A stretch of 64,000 bases of DNA from Minisyncoccota bacterium (GTDB lineage Bacteria; Patescibacteriota; Minisyncoccia; Phycocordibacterales; UBA9973). Below the pieces are notes generated by a model. It did not search any database and was not told the DNA's origin. It worked only from the letters and a program-made list of their open reading frames with translations. The stretch lies in NCBI GenBank assembly GCA_039915165.1, contig JBDSNU010000017.1, forward strand, positions 2,041-66,040, written 5' to 3'. The position numbers were made by a program, and so were the translations under genes. Position 1 is the first letter of the stretch. Each line of letters opens with the position of its first letter. This document shows positions 19,304-28,005 of this stretch, one piece after another.

Positions 19304-19396
19304 TGTGACCCCACTGCGTGGCTTTCAGAACTCGTTAAGAACGGTGATTGCATAAAAAGCAGTATTATAGAGTTGAGAAACATCAAGGTGGTGTGA
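19304..19396 (+). repeat. att copy 4 plus tail CDPTAWLSELVKNGDCIKSSIIELRNIKVV*
   Basis: GTGACCCCACTGCGTGGCTTTCAGAACT identical to copies 1, 2 and 5. Confidence 0.85.
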
Positions 19397-19473
19397 AGCT
19401 ATTGAACCTATACGCGTTACTTGACATTTTTCATATAGATGATATTGTAATTTCAAACTTAAAACAAATAAAT

Positions 19474-20037
19474 ATGAATTGGTACTCAATCTTTTACTGG
19501 TTGACCGTAGCGGACAGCGTAAAAAAATTCTTCGATACTACAAGCAATATCTTTACTTGGTTTGCAGTTCTATCATTCCTTGTAGTAGTTGCTACGACAA
19601 TCGGCAAGTCTTATCAGATTTCCGAAAATAGCATTAAAACTCCAGAGGAAGAAGCAACGGACGCTGACGTGAGAAGTTGGGATTTCCTTAAAAGGATATC
19701 TAGCAAATTCTTCTGGTGGATGTTGCCCCTTGCCCTTGTTACATGGCTTGGTTATGTAATGACTCCTACTAAAAAGGACTGTCTGCTGATTGTTGCCGGT
19801 GGTGCTGTTGGAAACTTTATGACCACTGACACTTCCGCAAGGAAACTGCCGTCTGATGTAACCAAGTTTCTGCACTTGAGCTTAAAAAATGAAATTGCGG
19901 GACTCAGCGACACGGCGAAGAAAGAACTCGGCATAACAACTCCGAAAGATGAGTTCTTAAAGAAGGCCGCTAAAATGTCCAAAGAGCAATTGCTGAAATA
20001 CTTACAAGCAGACACAACAGTTTTAAAGGATAACTAA
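19474..20037 (+). CDS. Cassette 4 membrane protein (phage-like hypothetical)
   Basis: MNWYSIFYWLTVADSVK, two TM segments, own TTGACA promoter near 19421 and terminator 20058-20085. Confidence 0.65.
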   Translation: MNWYSIFYWLTVADSVKKFFDTTSNIFTWFAVLSFLVVVATTIGKSYQISENSIKTPEEEATDADVRSWDFLKRISSKFFWWMLPLALVTWLGYVMTPTKKDCLLIVAGGAVGNFMTTDTSARKLPSDVTKFLHLSLKNEIAGLSDTAKKELGITTPKDEFLKKAAKMSKEQLLKYLQADTTVLKDN

Positions 20038-20154
20038 CTCCTTATTATTACTATCCTAAACCGCACTTTACGAAAGGGCGGTTTTTTATTTGCAAAAATT
20101 CTGAAGACGCATTTGGGTATATAAAAATATCTTTACAGGATAGCGTTTAAAATC

Positions 20155-20244
20155 TGTGACCCCACTGCGTGGCTTTCAGAACTTATGAGGAGCAGTGATT
20201 ATATAAAAAGTAGTATTATTGAACTAGTACAGCTTGTGAAATAA
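20155..20244 (+). repeat. att copy 5 (left end of core element) plus tail CDPTAWLSELMRSSDYIKSSIIELVQLVK*
   Basis: Same core and tail; left arm homologous to that of copy 3. Confidence 0.85.
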
Positions 20245-20291
20245 TTTTGACAAAAATCTATTTTTGAAATCTAATACAGCTTCTATTTACA

Positions 20292-20309
20292 AGTGAACGT
20301 TTGTTCACT
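20292..20309. promoter_or_regulatory. Palindromic operator AGTGAAC-GTTT-GTTCACT (GAAC-N4-GTTC, SOS-box-like)
   Basis: Perfect 7-bp inverted repeat immediately upstream of umuD. Confidence 0.6.
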
Positions 20310-20321
20310 AAACTAACCTCT

Positions 20322-20750
20322 GTGAAAGTATCTATTTTAACGACCTTACCTCATTCCCACCATAAAGTTATCCCTATTGTATTAGCCAAGGTACAAGCGG
20401 GTTTTCCTTCACCTGCCGATGATTATATTGAATCTGCATTGAATATTAACGACCTTTTTCAAGTGGATGAATCAAGTACCTTCTTTGTTCGTGTTGAAGG
20501 AAGTTCAATGATAAATGCAGGAATCATGAATGGAGACATATTGTGTGTCCGTAGAGATTTAGAGCCAAAAGAAGGCAAGATTGTCATTGCTATTATCGAT
20601 AGCGAATTCACCGTTAAAAGATTTATGAAAAAAGGCAAGAGAGTAATATTCGAAGCAGCTAATGATGACTACCCATCAATTGAGCCCCAGGACGGTCAGA
20701 GCGTCGAGATATGGGGTGTTGTAACAGGGTTTGCCCGAACGTTTAAATAA
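20322..20750 (+). CDS. umuD: UmuD (S24 autopeptidase subunit of Pol V)
   Basis: VQAGFPSPADDY cleavage site, VEGSSM, EFTVKR, IWGVVT; GTG start assumed. Confidence 0.92.
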   Translation: MKVSILTTLPHSHHKVIPIVLAKVQAGFPSPADDYIESALNINDLFQVDESSTFFVRVEGSSMINAGIMNGDILCVRRDLEPKEGKIVIAIIDSEFTVKRFMKKGKRVIFEAANDDYPSIEPQDGQSVEIWGVVTGFARTFK

Positions 20751-20751
20751 T

Positions 20752-22098
20752 ATGTACAAGAAGCTCTACGCCCTCATAGACTGCTCCTCATTCTATTGCT
20801 CTTGTGAAAGGGCTTTTCGTGCTGACTTAAAAGGAAAGGCAATTTGCGTCCTTTCAAACAACGATGGCTGTATTATTTCTTTAACACCCGATACTAAAGC
20901 ACTAGGGTTTAAAATGGGCACACCGTACTATCAAATTAAAGATGATCTCGCCCAAAAAGGGGTTGCGGTCTTTTCATCTAACTATTGTCTCTACGCTGAT
21001 ATGAGCAAGCGTATTGTGAAGATAATACGATCGTTTAGTGATTTTGTTGAGCAATACTCAATTGATGAATCGTTTGTACAGTTTGAAGCAAATACAAATA
21101 ATATAGAACAAGAAAGAATACGGTTACATGCTCTGGCTGAAGAGATACATTTTACTATCCTAAAGAAAACGGGAGTGCCAGTAAGAGTTTCAATTGCTGA
21201 AACAAAAACATTGGCTAAGGTTGGTAGTGAGTATACAAAGTGCCTTATTAAGCAAGGTATTGTCCCAGCAGTGTGCTTTTGGGAACACCCAGACAAAGAT
21301 GGCTATATGAAAACACTTCCCGTAAATGATGTATGGGGCATAGGACGACAATGGAGTAAAAAGTTAGAAATGTCAGGAATTAAAACAGCAAAAGATTTAT
21401 CAATGGCTAATCCTGACTTACTGAAAAAGAATTACTCTATTGTTATGGAGCGCACAGCAAGAGAGCTTTCTGGATTCTCTTGCATATTGTTTGAACTAGT
21501 TGCTCCTGAACGTAAAAGCCTGGTACGAAGTCGCATGTTTTCTCATAAGATAACTGATGCCAAATACCTTAAACAGGCTATTTCGTTCCACCTAGCTCGA
21601 GCCAGTGAGAAACTACGGAGTGATAAACTTATGGCTACTGAACTATCAATATTTATGTCCACTGGTAGACACACCGAAATAACTAAATATAGTTATGCAC
21701 ATCAGACATTACTTCGTCCAACGAATGACATAATAATTCTGGCAGAAGTCGCAGACAAACTATTTAAAGAATGTTATGTGAAAAATGACAAATTTGGTAA
21801 TGAATATAAGTATTCAAAAGCAGGAGTATCACTTAGTGGATTTTCAAGTATTGATAAACAGAGTGAACCACTTTTTGATATTGGTATTACAGAAAGACCC
21901 GCGTTAATGAAAATACTTGATGGGCTTAATAGAAAGTTTGGAAAGCATACCGTAGTTCTCGCTTCTATGGGGGTCCCAAAAAAACTACAGAAAATAGAAG
22001 CAGCTAAAGACGATGCTATTGAATGGGGTATGAAGAGAGGGTTAATGAGTAAGCGGTTTACAACAGTTTGGGAAGAAATTTTACAAGTTAAAATATAA
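20752..22098 (+). CDS. umuC: UmuC Y-family DNA polymerase
   Basis: ALIDCSSFYCSCER, VLSNNDGC, FSSNYCLYADMS, YSIDESF, W.MKR..MS.RFTT.W. Confidence 0.93.
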   Translation: MYKKLYALIDCSSFYCSCERAFRADLKGKAICVLSNNDGCIISLTPDTKALGFKMGTPYYQIKDDLAQKGVAVFSSNYCLYADMSKRIVKIIRSFSDFVEQYSIDESFVQFEANTNNIEQERIRLHALAEEIHFTILKKTGVPVRVSIAETKTLAKVGSEYTKCLIKQGIVPAVCFWEHPDKDGYMKTLPVNDVWGIGRQWSKKLEMSGIKTAKDLSMANPDLLKKNYSIVMERTARELSGFSCILFELVAPERKSLVRSRMFSHKITDAKYLKQAISFHLARASEKLRSDKLMATELSIFMSTGRHTEITKYSYAHQTLLRPTNDIIILAEVADKLFKECYVKNDKFGNEYKYSKAGVSLSGFSSIDKQSEPLFDIGITERPALMKILDGLNRKFGKHTVVLASMGVPKKLQKIEAAKDDAIEWGMKRGLMSKRFTTVWEEILQVKI

Positions 22099-22318
22099 GT
22101 ACTAATTATTATCATTAGTATCCTGTAATTTAGAAAGCACCTTATTTAATTTGATAAATTGTTCTTGTAACTGGTTATTTAGGTATTCAATATTTAGATA
22201 TATTTTAGTGATTTCTTCATTCATATAGGCAAGAATAGCAAATAGGTGATAAAGAAAATATCAAGAAATAATAAACTAAATAAAGTTATTTAAGTTTTTC
22301 CTTATAAACCTTTTCATA

Positions 22319-22900
22319 CTAATTGCTCACCAGCAGCAGGTCGTACTGTGCCTGAAGAAGGTCAAAGGTGTTTCGGTACTTTACATAGTCAGCGACGCCG
22401 TTCGCCTTGTCTATCGCATACTGGGCGTTAAGGATGGCCATCTGCTTTTTTGTATTCTGCAGTTTCCACGCCGTCGTGGTTTCCAGCTCCTGCTGCGCTC
22501 TCGCTGCGGCATTGGCACGGTCTGCGGCGTCTTTCATTGCCTTCAGACTAGCCGCCTCGTCATCGCGCTGCTTTTGCGCTAAAGCTGCCTGACCAGCCAT
22601 TTCAGCGTTTACCCTGATTTGGTCTGACGTGAGCTGTGGCGTTGTCGGAACAGCTGGAGCTGCTGTTGCGGGAGCGACGACTTGCGGCTGAACAACCTTG
22701 GCGGATGTGGTTGTCTTTGCCTCGGTCTTTGCCGTAGGTACGATACTTTGAGCTGTTGGCGTTACGGTAGCTGTAGCAGGCTGTTGAGCCTGAACTTCTA
22801 CAGGAACAGGAACTTGGACAGCTACAGGTGCCGCAGGTGCGGTATGTATACCGATAGCAATCAATAGTGAGCTGAAGATTTTGTGGAATATATTAAACAT
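22319..22900 (-). CDS. Secreted or anchored Ala/Pro/Thr-rich hypothetical protein
   Basis: N-terminal hydrophobic segment, low-complexity linker, coiled coil. Confidence 0.6.
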   Translation of the reverse strand: MFNIFHKIFSSLLIAIGIHTAPAAPVAVQVPVPVEVQAQQPATATVTPTAQSIVPTAKTEAKTTTSAKVVQPQVVAPATAAPAVPTTPQLTSDQIRVNAEMAGQAALAQKQRDDEAASLKAMKDAADRANAAARAQQELETTTAWKLQNTKKQMAILNAQYAIDKANGVADYVKYRNTFDLLQAQYDLLLVSN

Positions 22901-22915
22901 TTTATTTTAAATTAA

Positions 22916-23137
22916 CTAATAGCTTAAGTTGCGAATTGAGTCATCTAGACTTGAGAAAGAATCTTCTAATATATTTCTTGTTCTTATTGAATTACTGTCT
23001 GATATGTCAGTGTTTTGAAAAATAGACTCATTGATCGTGCCTAGTCTGGTGTATATCATGACCAAGAGCAATGTAATAAAAAGCTTAAACCAGTTTTCTT
23101 TTAGAAATTCTATAGTTGTATGTGTTTTTGTTTGCAT
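22916..23137 (-). CDS. Small membrane protein
   Basis: FLKENWFKLFITLLLVMIY TM segment. Confidence 0.55.
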   Translation of the reverse strand: MQTKTHTTIEFLKENWFKLFITLLLVMIYTRLGTINESIFQNTDISDSNSIRTRNILEDSFSSLDDSIRNLSY

Positions 23138-23202
23138 GGATATTGAAGGGATAATGTTTATATTTGGTGATTGATGACCCCTATAATGGGATCAGTGGAC
23201 GC

Positions 23203-23303
23203 AAAAATCCCACCACAAGGGTGAGAGCTTTCGCCCTCCAATACTCGTTTCCAAGTACGGCCTCTTAAGCACTCCCGTATGGCGGGGTTTTTACTTAAGA
23301 GGA
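23203..23303 (-). ncRNA. Candidate structured leader or antisense RNA
   Basis: Minus strand folds into a long outer stem plus two GAAA-tetraloop hairpins with G-U wobbles. Confidence 0.45.
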
Positions 23304-23438
23304 CTTTTGCCATGCCGTTGATTGCTCAAGGGGTTAGGCCATATCTATTGATTTGTACCCCAAAACTATACATTGTAGAGATTGTATTTACAATGGCACA
23401 TAGGTATATAATGTTCACAACGTTCACAACACTCACGC

Positions 23439-24977
23439 GTGCAATATGATATGAAGCCTGTATACCATGACTATGACAATAAGACCTATGTAGAATACCT
23501 TGATGAGGCTATATCTATCTTGATAATGACGGGTGACCAGGAGACTATGGAGAAGCTGGCTTCAAAATTATCAGGCGTTCATTCTGAGATTTTTTGGAAA
23601 ATTATCGGGTACAAAACGCTTCAAAGGATAGCAAAAGCTGGACATGCCAAGGTTTATTCAGAAAACCAGTATGATTTTGAACGACTTCATGAGTTTCGTG
23701 AACTTAAGACGGAAACTGATAGCTTATATGAAGAATATCTGGCATTGATCGAACCCGCAATCTTCCTCGAGGCAATTGCCAATATTGCATATCAATTAGC
23801 TAGATTGGTGCTAAAAAAACAAGTTGTGATTCATATAGACTTTTTAAAAGCCTGGTTGGAATGGCACATGTATCTCACTAACAAAAATAAAAACAAACGG
23901 AAAGGTGAGAAAATAAAGGAAAAACTCAGGGCTATACTTGGCGACAAGATAGATGATTTTGAGAAAATCCAACAAGAATACAGCGATAATATGCAAAGGG
24001 TAAAAGAAGGCAGGGCTAATCTTTTTGTTAATATCGACAAAGAGGTTATGACTGATGACTGTCCTTCACATGAAAACCTTTTCCTACCCCGTAGGCTTGA
24101 TGCCTCTGATATTTTAGTTGTGGAGGAACATACCAAATGCGTTGAAATTGAAGGACAAATTTATTCCCTTCGAGACTATTATGAAATAATTGAAAATAAG
24201 ATTGACCAGTCATGGCTTCAAAGCACGGACTTGCTCAAGCGGATTATCATTGTCTACCTTATCAAGAAATGTCAGAATGGGGACGAAAAAGCGTTCAATA
24301 AACTCTTTAGTTTTTACGTTACCAAAGCTGAGCATTTAGCAGTATCGTTTATCCGTCATAAAGCTCAAGGCAGAAATAAACTAGCTTTTAGTGAGGGAGG
24401 AAATCTGTCTGAAAGTGCTGCAAAAAGTGCAATCTGGACAATAATGGAAAAGCTGCTCAGAGGTGACAACCCGACTAATATCTACAAATATTTAGATAAG
24501 AATAGGAACGGGAAAAAGGGGGTTGATTTTTTAAACAAAAGACCCTACGCAGCCTTAGAAGAGTCCTACGGACTGCTTTTTCAATTGGTTAATAATCAGT
24601 ACAACATGCTAGTCCAGTACCAGTCAGACCTTATCCAAAGCACTAAAGATCCGCTGCACAGGCATAAGACAGCAAAGAAATCATCGACCAGAAAGCAGTA
24701 CATGCAAAGTCTGTTTCGTATTAGCCAGCACTATCTTCGTCATGCCGAGTATTCGTCCACAATATTCACTATGTTCGATCCGCTTGCCCTGCTCAGTATC
24801 TCTACCCTGCATAATAAAAACCTTTTCAACCCGACTAATAAGGGAAACCTGACGATATGGCTGTTCGGGGTGAAGGGTGTTTTCCCTGGGAAACTTATGG
24901 AGGGCCTTAATGATTGGTTTAAGGCAAATACCAAAACAAAGAATGGTAAAAGAATTGTCCCCGAAGATGATTACTGA
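23439..24977 (+). CDS. Large hypothetical protein with an internal sigma-region-2-like motif
   Basis: LIKKCQNGDEKAFNKLFSFY resembles the start of ECF sigma factors. Confidence 0.55.
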   Translation: MQYDMKPVYHDYDNKTYVEYLDEAISILIMTGDQETMEKLASKLSGVHSEIFWKIIGYKTLQRIAKAGHAKVYSENQYDFERLHEFRELKTETDSLYEEYLALIEPAIFLEAIANIAYQLARLVLKKQVVIHIDFLKAWLEWHMYLTNKNKNKRKGEKIKEKLRAILGDKIDDFEKIQQEYSDNMQRVKEGRANLFVNIDKEVMTDDCPSHENLFLPRRLDASDILVVEEHTKCVEIEGQIYSLRDYYEIIENKIDQSWLQSTDLLKRIIIVYLIKKCQNGDEKAFNKLFSFYVTKAEHLAVSFIRHKAQGRNKLAFSEGGNLSESAAKSAIWTIMEKLLRGDNPTNIYKYLDKNRNGKKGVDFLNKRPYAALEESYGLLFQLVNNQYNMLVQYQSDLIQSTKDPLHRHKTAKKSSTRKQYMQSLFRISQHYLRHAEYSSTIFTMFDPLALLSISTLHNKNLFNPTNKGNLTIWLFGVKGVFPGKLMEGLNDWFKANTKTKNGKRIVPEDDY

Positions 24978-25160
24978 GCCGCTTTATTTTCAGAAGAAGA
25001 CTTTGATGACAACATTCACAGGGACAAACTAGTATAAAAGTGCGAAAAAACGATCTGAAATAAACCCTTATTTTAAGCCATTTTGTGGCTCTTTTTTTTA
25101 TTTTCCATATATAGAGCATACCTGAACGTTTTTCAGGCTTTAGTAACAAATAATAATAAA

Positions 25161-25427
25161 ATGAGAACCACCACACACTTACCCAATGACGAATACGAAG
25201 AGCTTTTCGACATTAACCTCGTTGCTGCTTGCGTACTCGACGACATACCAATCGAAGCCTATAACAGAGATCCTAAAAATGCACCGCGTGTAGGTTTTTT
25301 ACTTAGAAAAAGCAATAAATTGAAAAACCTTATAAACCTCTACCTTTCAGGATTGCTGACTGTGGAGCCAAAACAGTTTGCTGCAGAAATTAGAAACCTG
25401 AAAGCCCGAACTAAAATTCCTTATTAA
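25161..25427 (+). CDS. DUF5659-like small (wHTH) protein
   Basis: DINLVAACV...RVGFL...LYLSGLLTVEPKQF...RNLKAR pattern typical of island DUF5659 proteins. Confidence 0.6.
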   Translation: MRTTTHLPNDEYEELFDINLVAACVLDDIPIEAYNRDPKNAPRVGFLLRKSNKLKNLINLYLSGLLTVEPKQFAAEIRNLKARTKIPY

Positions 25428-25447
25428 ATAACAAACACTTAAATGAT

Positions 25448-26812
25448 ATGAAAAATGAACAAAAAGAAATTCTTAAAACAACAGTAGTTACGCCTGACAC
25501 CCTATATGAGATGGTTTATGACGACATTGGTGAAACCACATCCTTTATAAAGCAATCCAAAGACGGCGATTTCGAGGCGGGAGTAGAAAAGGTTGAGATA
25601 AACGGTATGACATACACTCCTCTGCCGCCTGACTATATTCTTTTGAAGAAAAAGGTCATCTTATTCCCATCAAAAGTTTCTCCATATGTAAGCGAGGAGC
25701 AGCTTCTTGAAGAGGTTAGGTGCTTTATACACAAATACTTAGACATCTCCGAAGTGTTTGAGCAAATTGCTACTTATTACGTCTTGTTCTCATGGATGTA
25801 TGACCGTTTCAACGAAGTGCCTTACCTAAGAGCACTCGGCGACTTTGGCAGCGGCAAATCACGTTTTCTTCAGACTATTGGAATCATTTGTTATAAGCCC
25901 GTATTCACAGGCGGAGCAACTACTCCGAGTCCGATATTTCGAATTATCGACGAGGTTAAGGGGACGCTTATCATAGACGAAGCCGACTTCAAGTTCTCGG
26001 ATATGAGCTCTGAAATCGTGAAGATTCTGAACACTGGATACCAGAAGGGCATGCCAGTGCTTCGCTCCGAGGGCAAGGGCACTTTCGAGGTAAAGGCATA
26101 CGATGTCTTCTGTCCCAAGATCATTGCTACCCGCGAGACATTCACCGACAAGGCCCTTGAGAGCCGTTTTCTGATAGAGGAAATGGGCACGAGCAAGCTT
26201 CGCAACGACATACCCCGAACGCTCGATGAGAGCTTCTACAGCGACGCTGAGGGCATCAGGAACAAGCTCCTCATGTGGAGACTGGATAACTATTTCGAAC
26301 CAATCGAGAGGTGCAACGACATCATCGAGGGTATCCACCCACGTCTCAACCAGATCGTCATGCCCCTGCTCTCAATCATAAAAAGCGAGGCAATCCGCGA
26401 GCGACTCAAGACCTTTATCATCCAGTACAACACCGACCTGACTGCCGACCGAGGACTGTCATGGGAAAGCGACATTGTCTTTGCCATCCTGAAGCTCGAG
26501 CACGAGACAGGCAGCATGGAGATAACGGTGAAGCAGATAACGGAGGAGGTAAACAAGGAAAGCGACATTGGCGAAGACACGCTTCAGCCCCGAAAGGTGG
26601 GATGGTATCTGCGCGCACGCCTGCAGCTCAAGCCGTACAAGACACGCAAGGGATTCGTGCTCTCATTCAAGGAAAACCGAAAACGATTGGACATGTGGAA
26701 AGAGCGGTTTGCCATCTCTGACGCGGACATTCGCGGCGAACATGTGAACGATGTGAAGGTCGTAGAGAGCAGTGAATTTGTCATGCCAACAGCGCAGGAG
26801 CTGGGGTTTTAG
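25448..26812 (+). CDS. Element replication-type P-loop NTPase (DUF3631/satellite Rep-like)
   Basis: Walker A GDFGSGKS, Walker B LIIDEAD, ILNTGYQKG, ALESR, C-terminal wHTH-like region. Confidence 0.7.
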   Translation: MKNEQKEILKTTVVTPDTLYEMVYDDIGETTSFIKQSKDGDFEAGVEKVEINGMTYTPLPPDYILLKKKVILFPSKVSPYVSEEQLLEEVRCFIHKYLDISEVFEQIATYYVLFSWMYDRFNEVPYLRALGDFGSGKSRFLQTIGIICYKPVFTGGATTPSPIFRIIDEVKGTLIIDEADFKFSDMSSEIVKILNTGYQKGMPVLRSEGKGTFEVKAYDVFCPKIIATRETFTDKALESRFLIEEMGTSKLRNDIPRTLDESFYSDAEGIRNKLLMWRLDNYFEPIERCNDIIEGIHPRLNQIVMPLLSIIKSEAIRERLKTFIIQYNTDLTADRGLSWESDIVFAILKLEHETGSMEITVKQITEEVNKESDIGEDTLQPRKVGWYLRARLQLKPYKTRKGFVLSFKENRKRLDMWKERFAISDADIRGEHVNDVKVVESSEFVMPTAQELGF

Positions 26813-26815
26813 GCT

Positions 26816-27424
26816 ATGAAAAAGAAAAAGGAACTGACCAGATACGATCCCGAAAAAACAAAGAAAATGGTGCTGCAACATACGCGCCTTACGGGGGACA
26901 AGGATGAATTGCTGGAGCTGCTCGGGCAGAAACTTTTGCCTATCCTTGCCGACGGCACGCCAGAGGAAAAAGCGACTGCCATGAAGGAGATACAGGACAA
27001 GGCGATGGAGCTGATGCGGATTTTCGAGGGCGTAACGCATTTAGGCCTCATGGAAACCTTCACGGAAAAGTACCGCATGTTCGCCCGAGAAATGGCCAAG
27101 ACCATGATCGTGGAGCTCAACTGCAGCAACGAGGCCGAGCGTGCGCTCGCAGAGCTGGCGGTAAACGCCTACGTCAGGGTTATCGACAACTCGAGACGGC
27201 TCAACAACGAGTACGAATCTCGCGAAATAACCCCGAACAGGAACGTATATATTGCAAACCTGAGCAAGCAGATCGACAGAGCGAACCGCCAGTACCTGTC
27301 GGCCATCATGACGCTCAGGCAGCTGAAATCACCTACGGTCGAAATGACCATCAAAGCCAACACTGCGTTTGTGTCCCACAACCAGCAGGTAAACGTCCAG
27401 AAAGATGAAAGCATTACCCCTTAA
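26816..27424 (+). CDS. Helical hypothetical protein of the element core
   Basis: Co-oriented and tightly packed with the NTPase. Confidence 0.6.
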   Translation: MKKKKELTRYDPEKTKKMVLQHTRLTGDKDELLELLGQKLLPILADGTPEEKATAMKEIQDKAMELMRIFEGVTHLGLMETFTEKYRMFAREMAKTMIVELNCSNEAERALAELAVNAYVRVIDNSRRLNNEYESREITPNRNVYIANLSKQIDRANRQYLSAIMTLRQLKSPTVEMTIKANTAFVSHNQQVNVQKDESITP

Positions 27425-27734
27425 TGATTTCGGAAAAAAAGTCTTAGTTGAGGACTGCCAGAAAGTCCTGATCAGCGACTTCATACGCAGTGCCAAGAGC
27501 AAGCTCAAGCAAGCGCTGCTGGCCGCAGAGCTGCAGTCTCAGGACCTGGATGTCAGCCTCACCACGTCGCCAGTGCACCGCAACGGCCTTCGATACTGGT
27601 TCGCATGCCCGCTTTGCCAAAAGCGAGTCGGGGTACTTTACGTGCATCCTATCAACCATAACCTGGGCTGCAGAGAATGCCTGAACCTGAAATACAAGAA
27701 GTGTCGATTTAAAGGGATGGTCGAGATTTTCTAA
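27405..27734 (+). CDS. Zn-finger hypothetical protein
   Basis: GLRYWFACPLC..RVGVLY...CREC.NLKY. Confidence 0.65.
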   Translation: MKALPLNDFGKKVLVEDCQKVLISDFIRSAKSKLKQALLAAELQSQDLDVSLTTSPVHRNGLRYWFACPLCQKRVGVLYVHPINHNLGCRECLNLKYKKCRFKGMVEIF

Positions 27735-27747
27735 CGAAAATGGTATT

Positions 27748-28005
27748 ATGAGTGAGCTACACAACAGACCAATAAACGACGATTTTTTTGTACTCGAAGA
27801 GGGGCAAGGTGGTTCGTTGTGTAGCAACAAAGAGTCGTTTCCTTGTCCCTCTTTGGGTGTAAGGAACATCCTTACAAAAGATACTATCGATGCTCTTGAA
27901 GGGCTTGGGGAGGTATTGCGGGGCATACGGAAAAGAATGTTGTCCGAAGGATATGAAATCCATAATGGAGCCGTTTCTAAAAAGCATGAGCAAGCAAATT
28001 ATTAA
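27748..28005 (+). CDS. Small protein overlapping the recombinase start (RDF candidate)
   Basis: Position only; function is inferred. Confidence 0.45.
   Translation: MSELHNRPINDDFFVLEEGQGGSLCSNKESFPCPSLGVRNILTKDTIDALEGLGEVLRGIRKRMLSEGYEIHNGAVSKKHEQANY

Noticed and set aside
15113-20244. CRISPR array interpretation of the 28-bp repeat
   Set aside because: Spacers are 0.85-1.46 kb and gene-bearing, no cas genes are present, and the repeat matches the tRNA/att core.
15113-20244. Classical integron or invertase shufflon
   Set aside because: There is no tyrosine IntI or typical attC pattern. All sites are in direct orientation, which predicts excision rather than inversion.
23172-23190. GATGACCCCTATAAT as a sixth att copy
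   Set aside because: Only TGACCCC matches, and the following frame (DDPYNGISGRK...) has no tail similarity.
24975-25037. TGA readthrough or alternative genetic code
   Set aside because: Conserved genes are uninterrupted in code 11, and readthrough would add only about 20 codons.
25859-27926. Many overlapping antisense ORFs in the element core and elsewhere
   Set aside because: These are shadow frames of real genes in GC-richer DNA and show no recognisable motifs.
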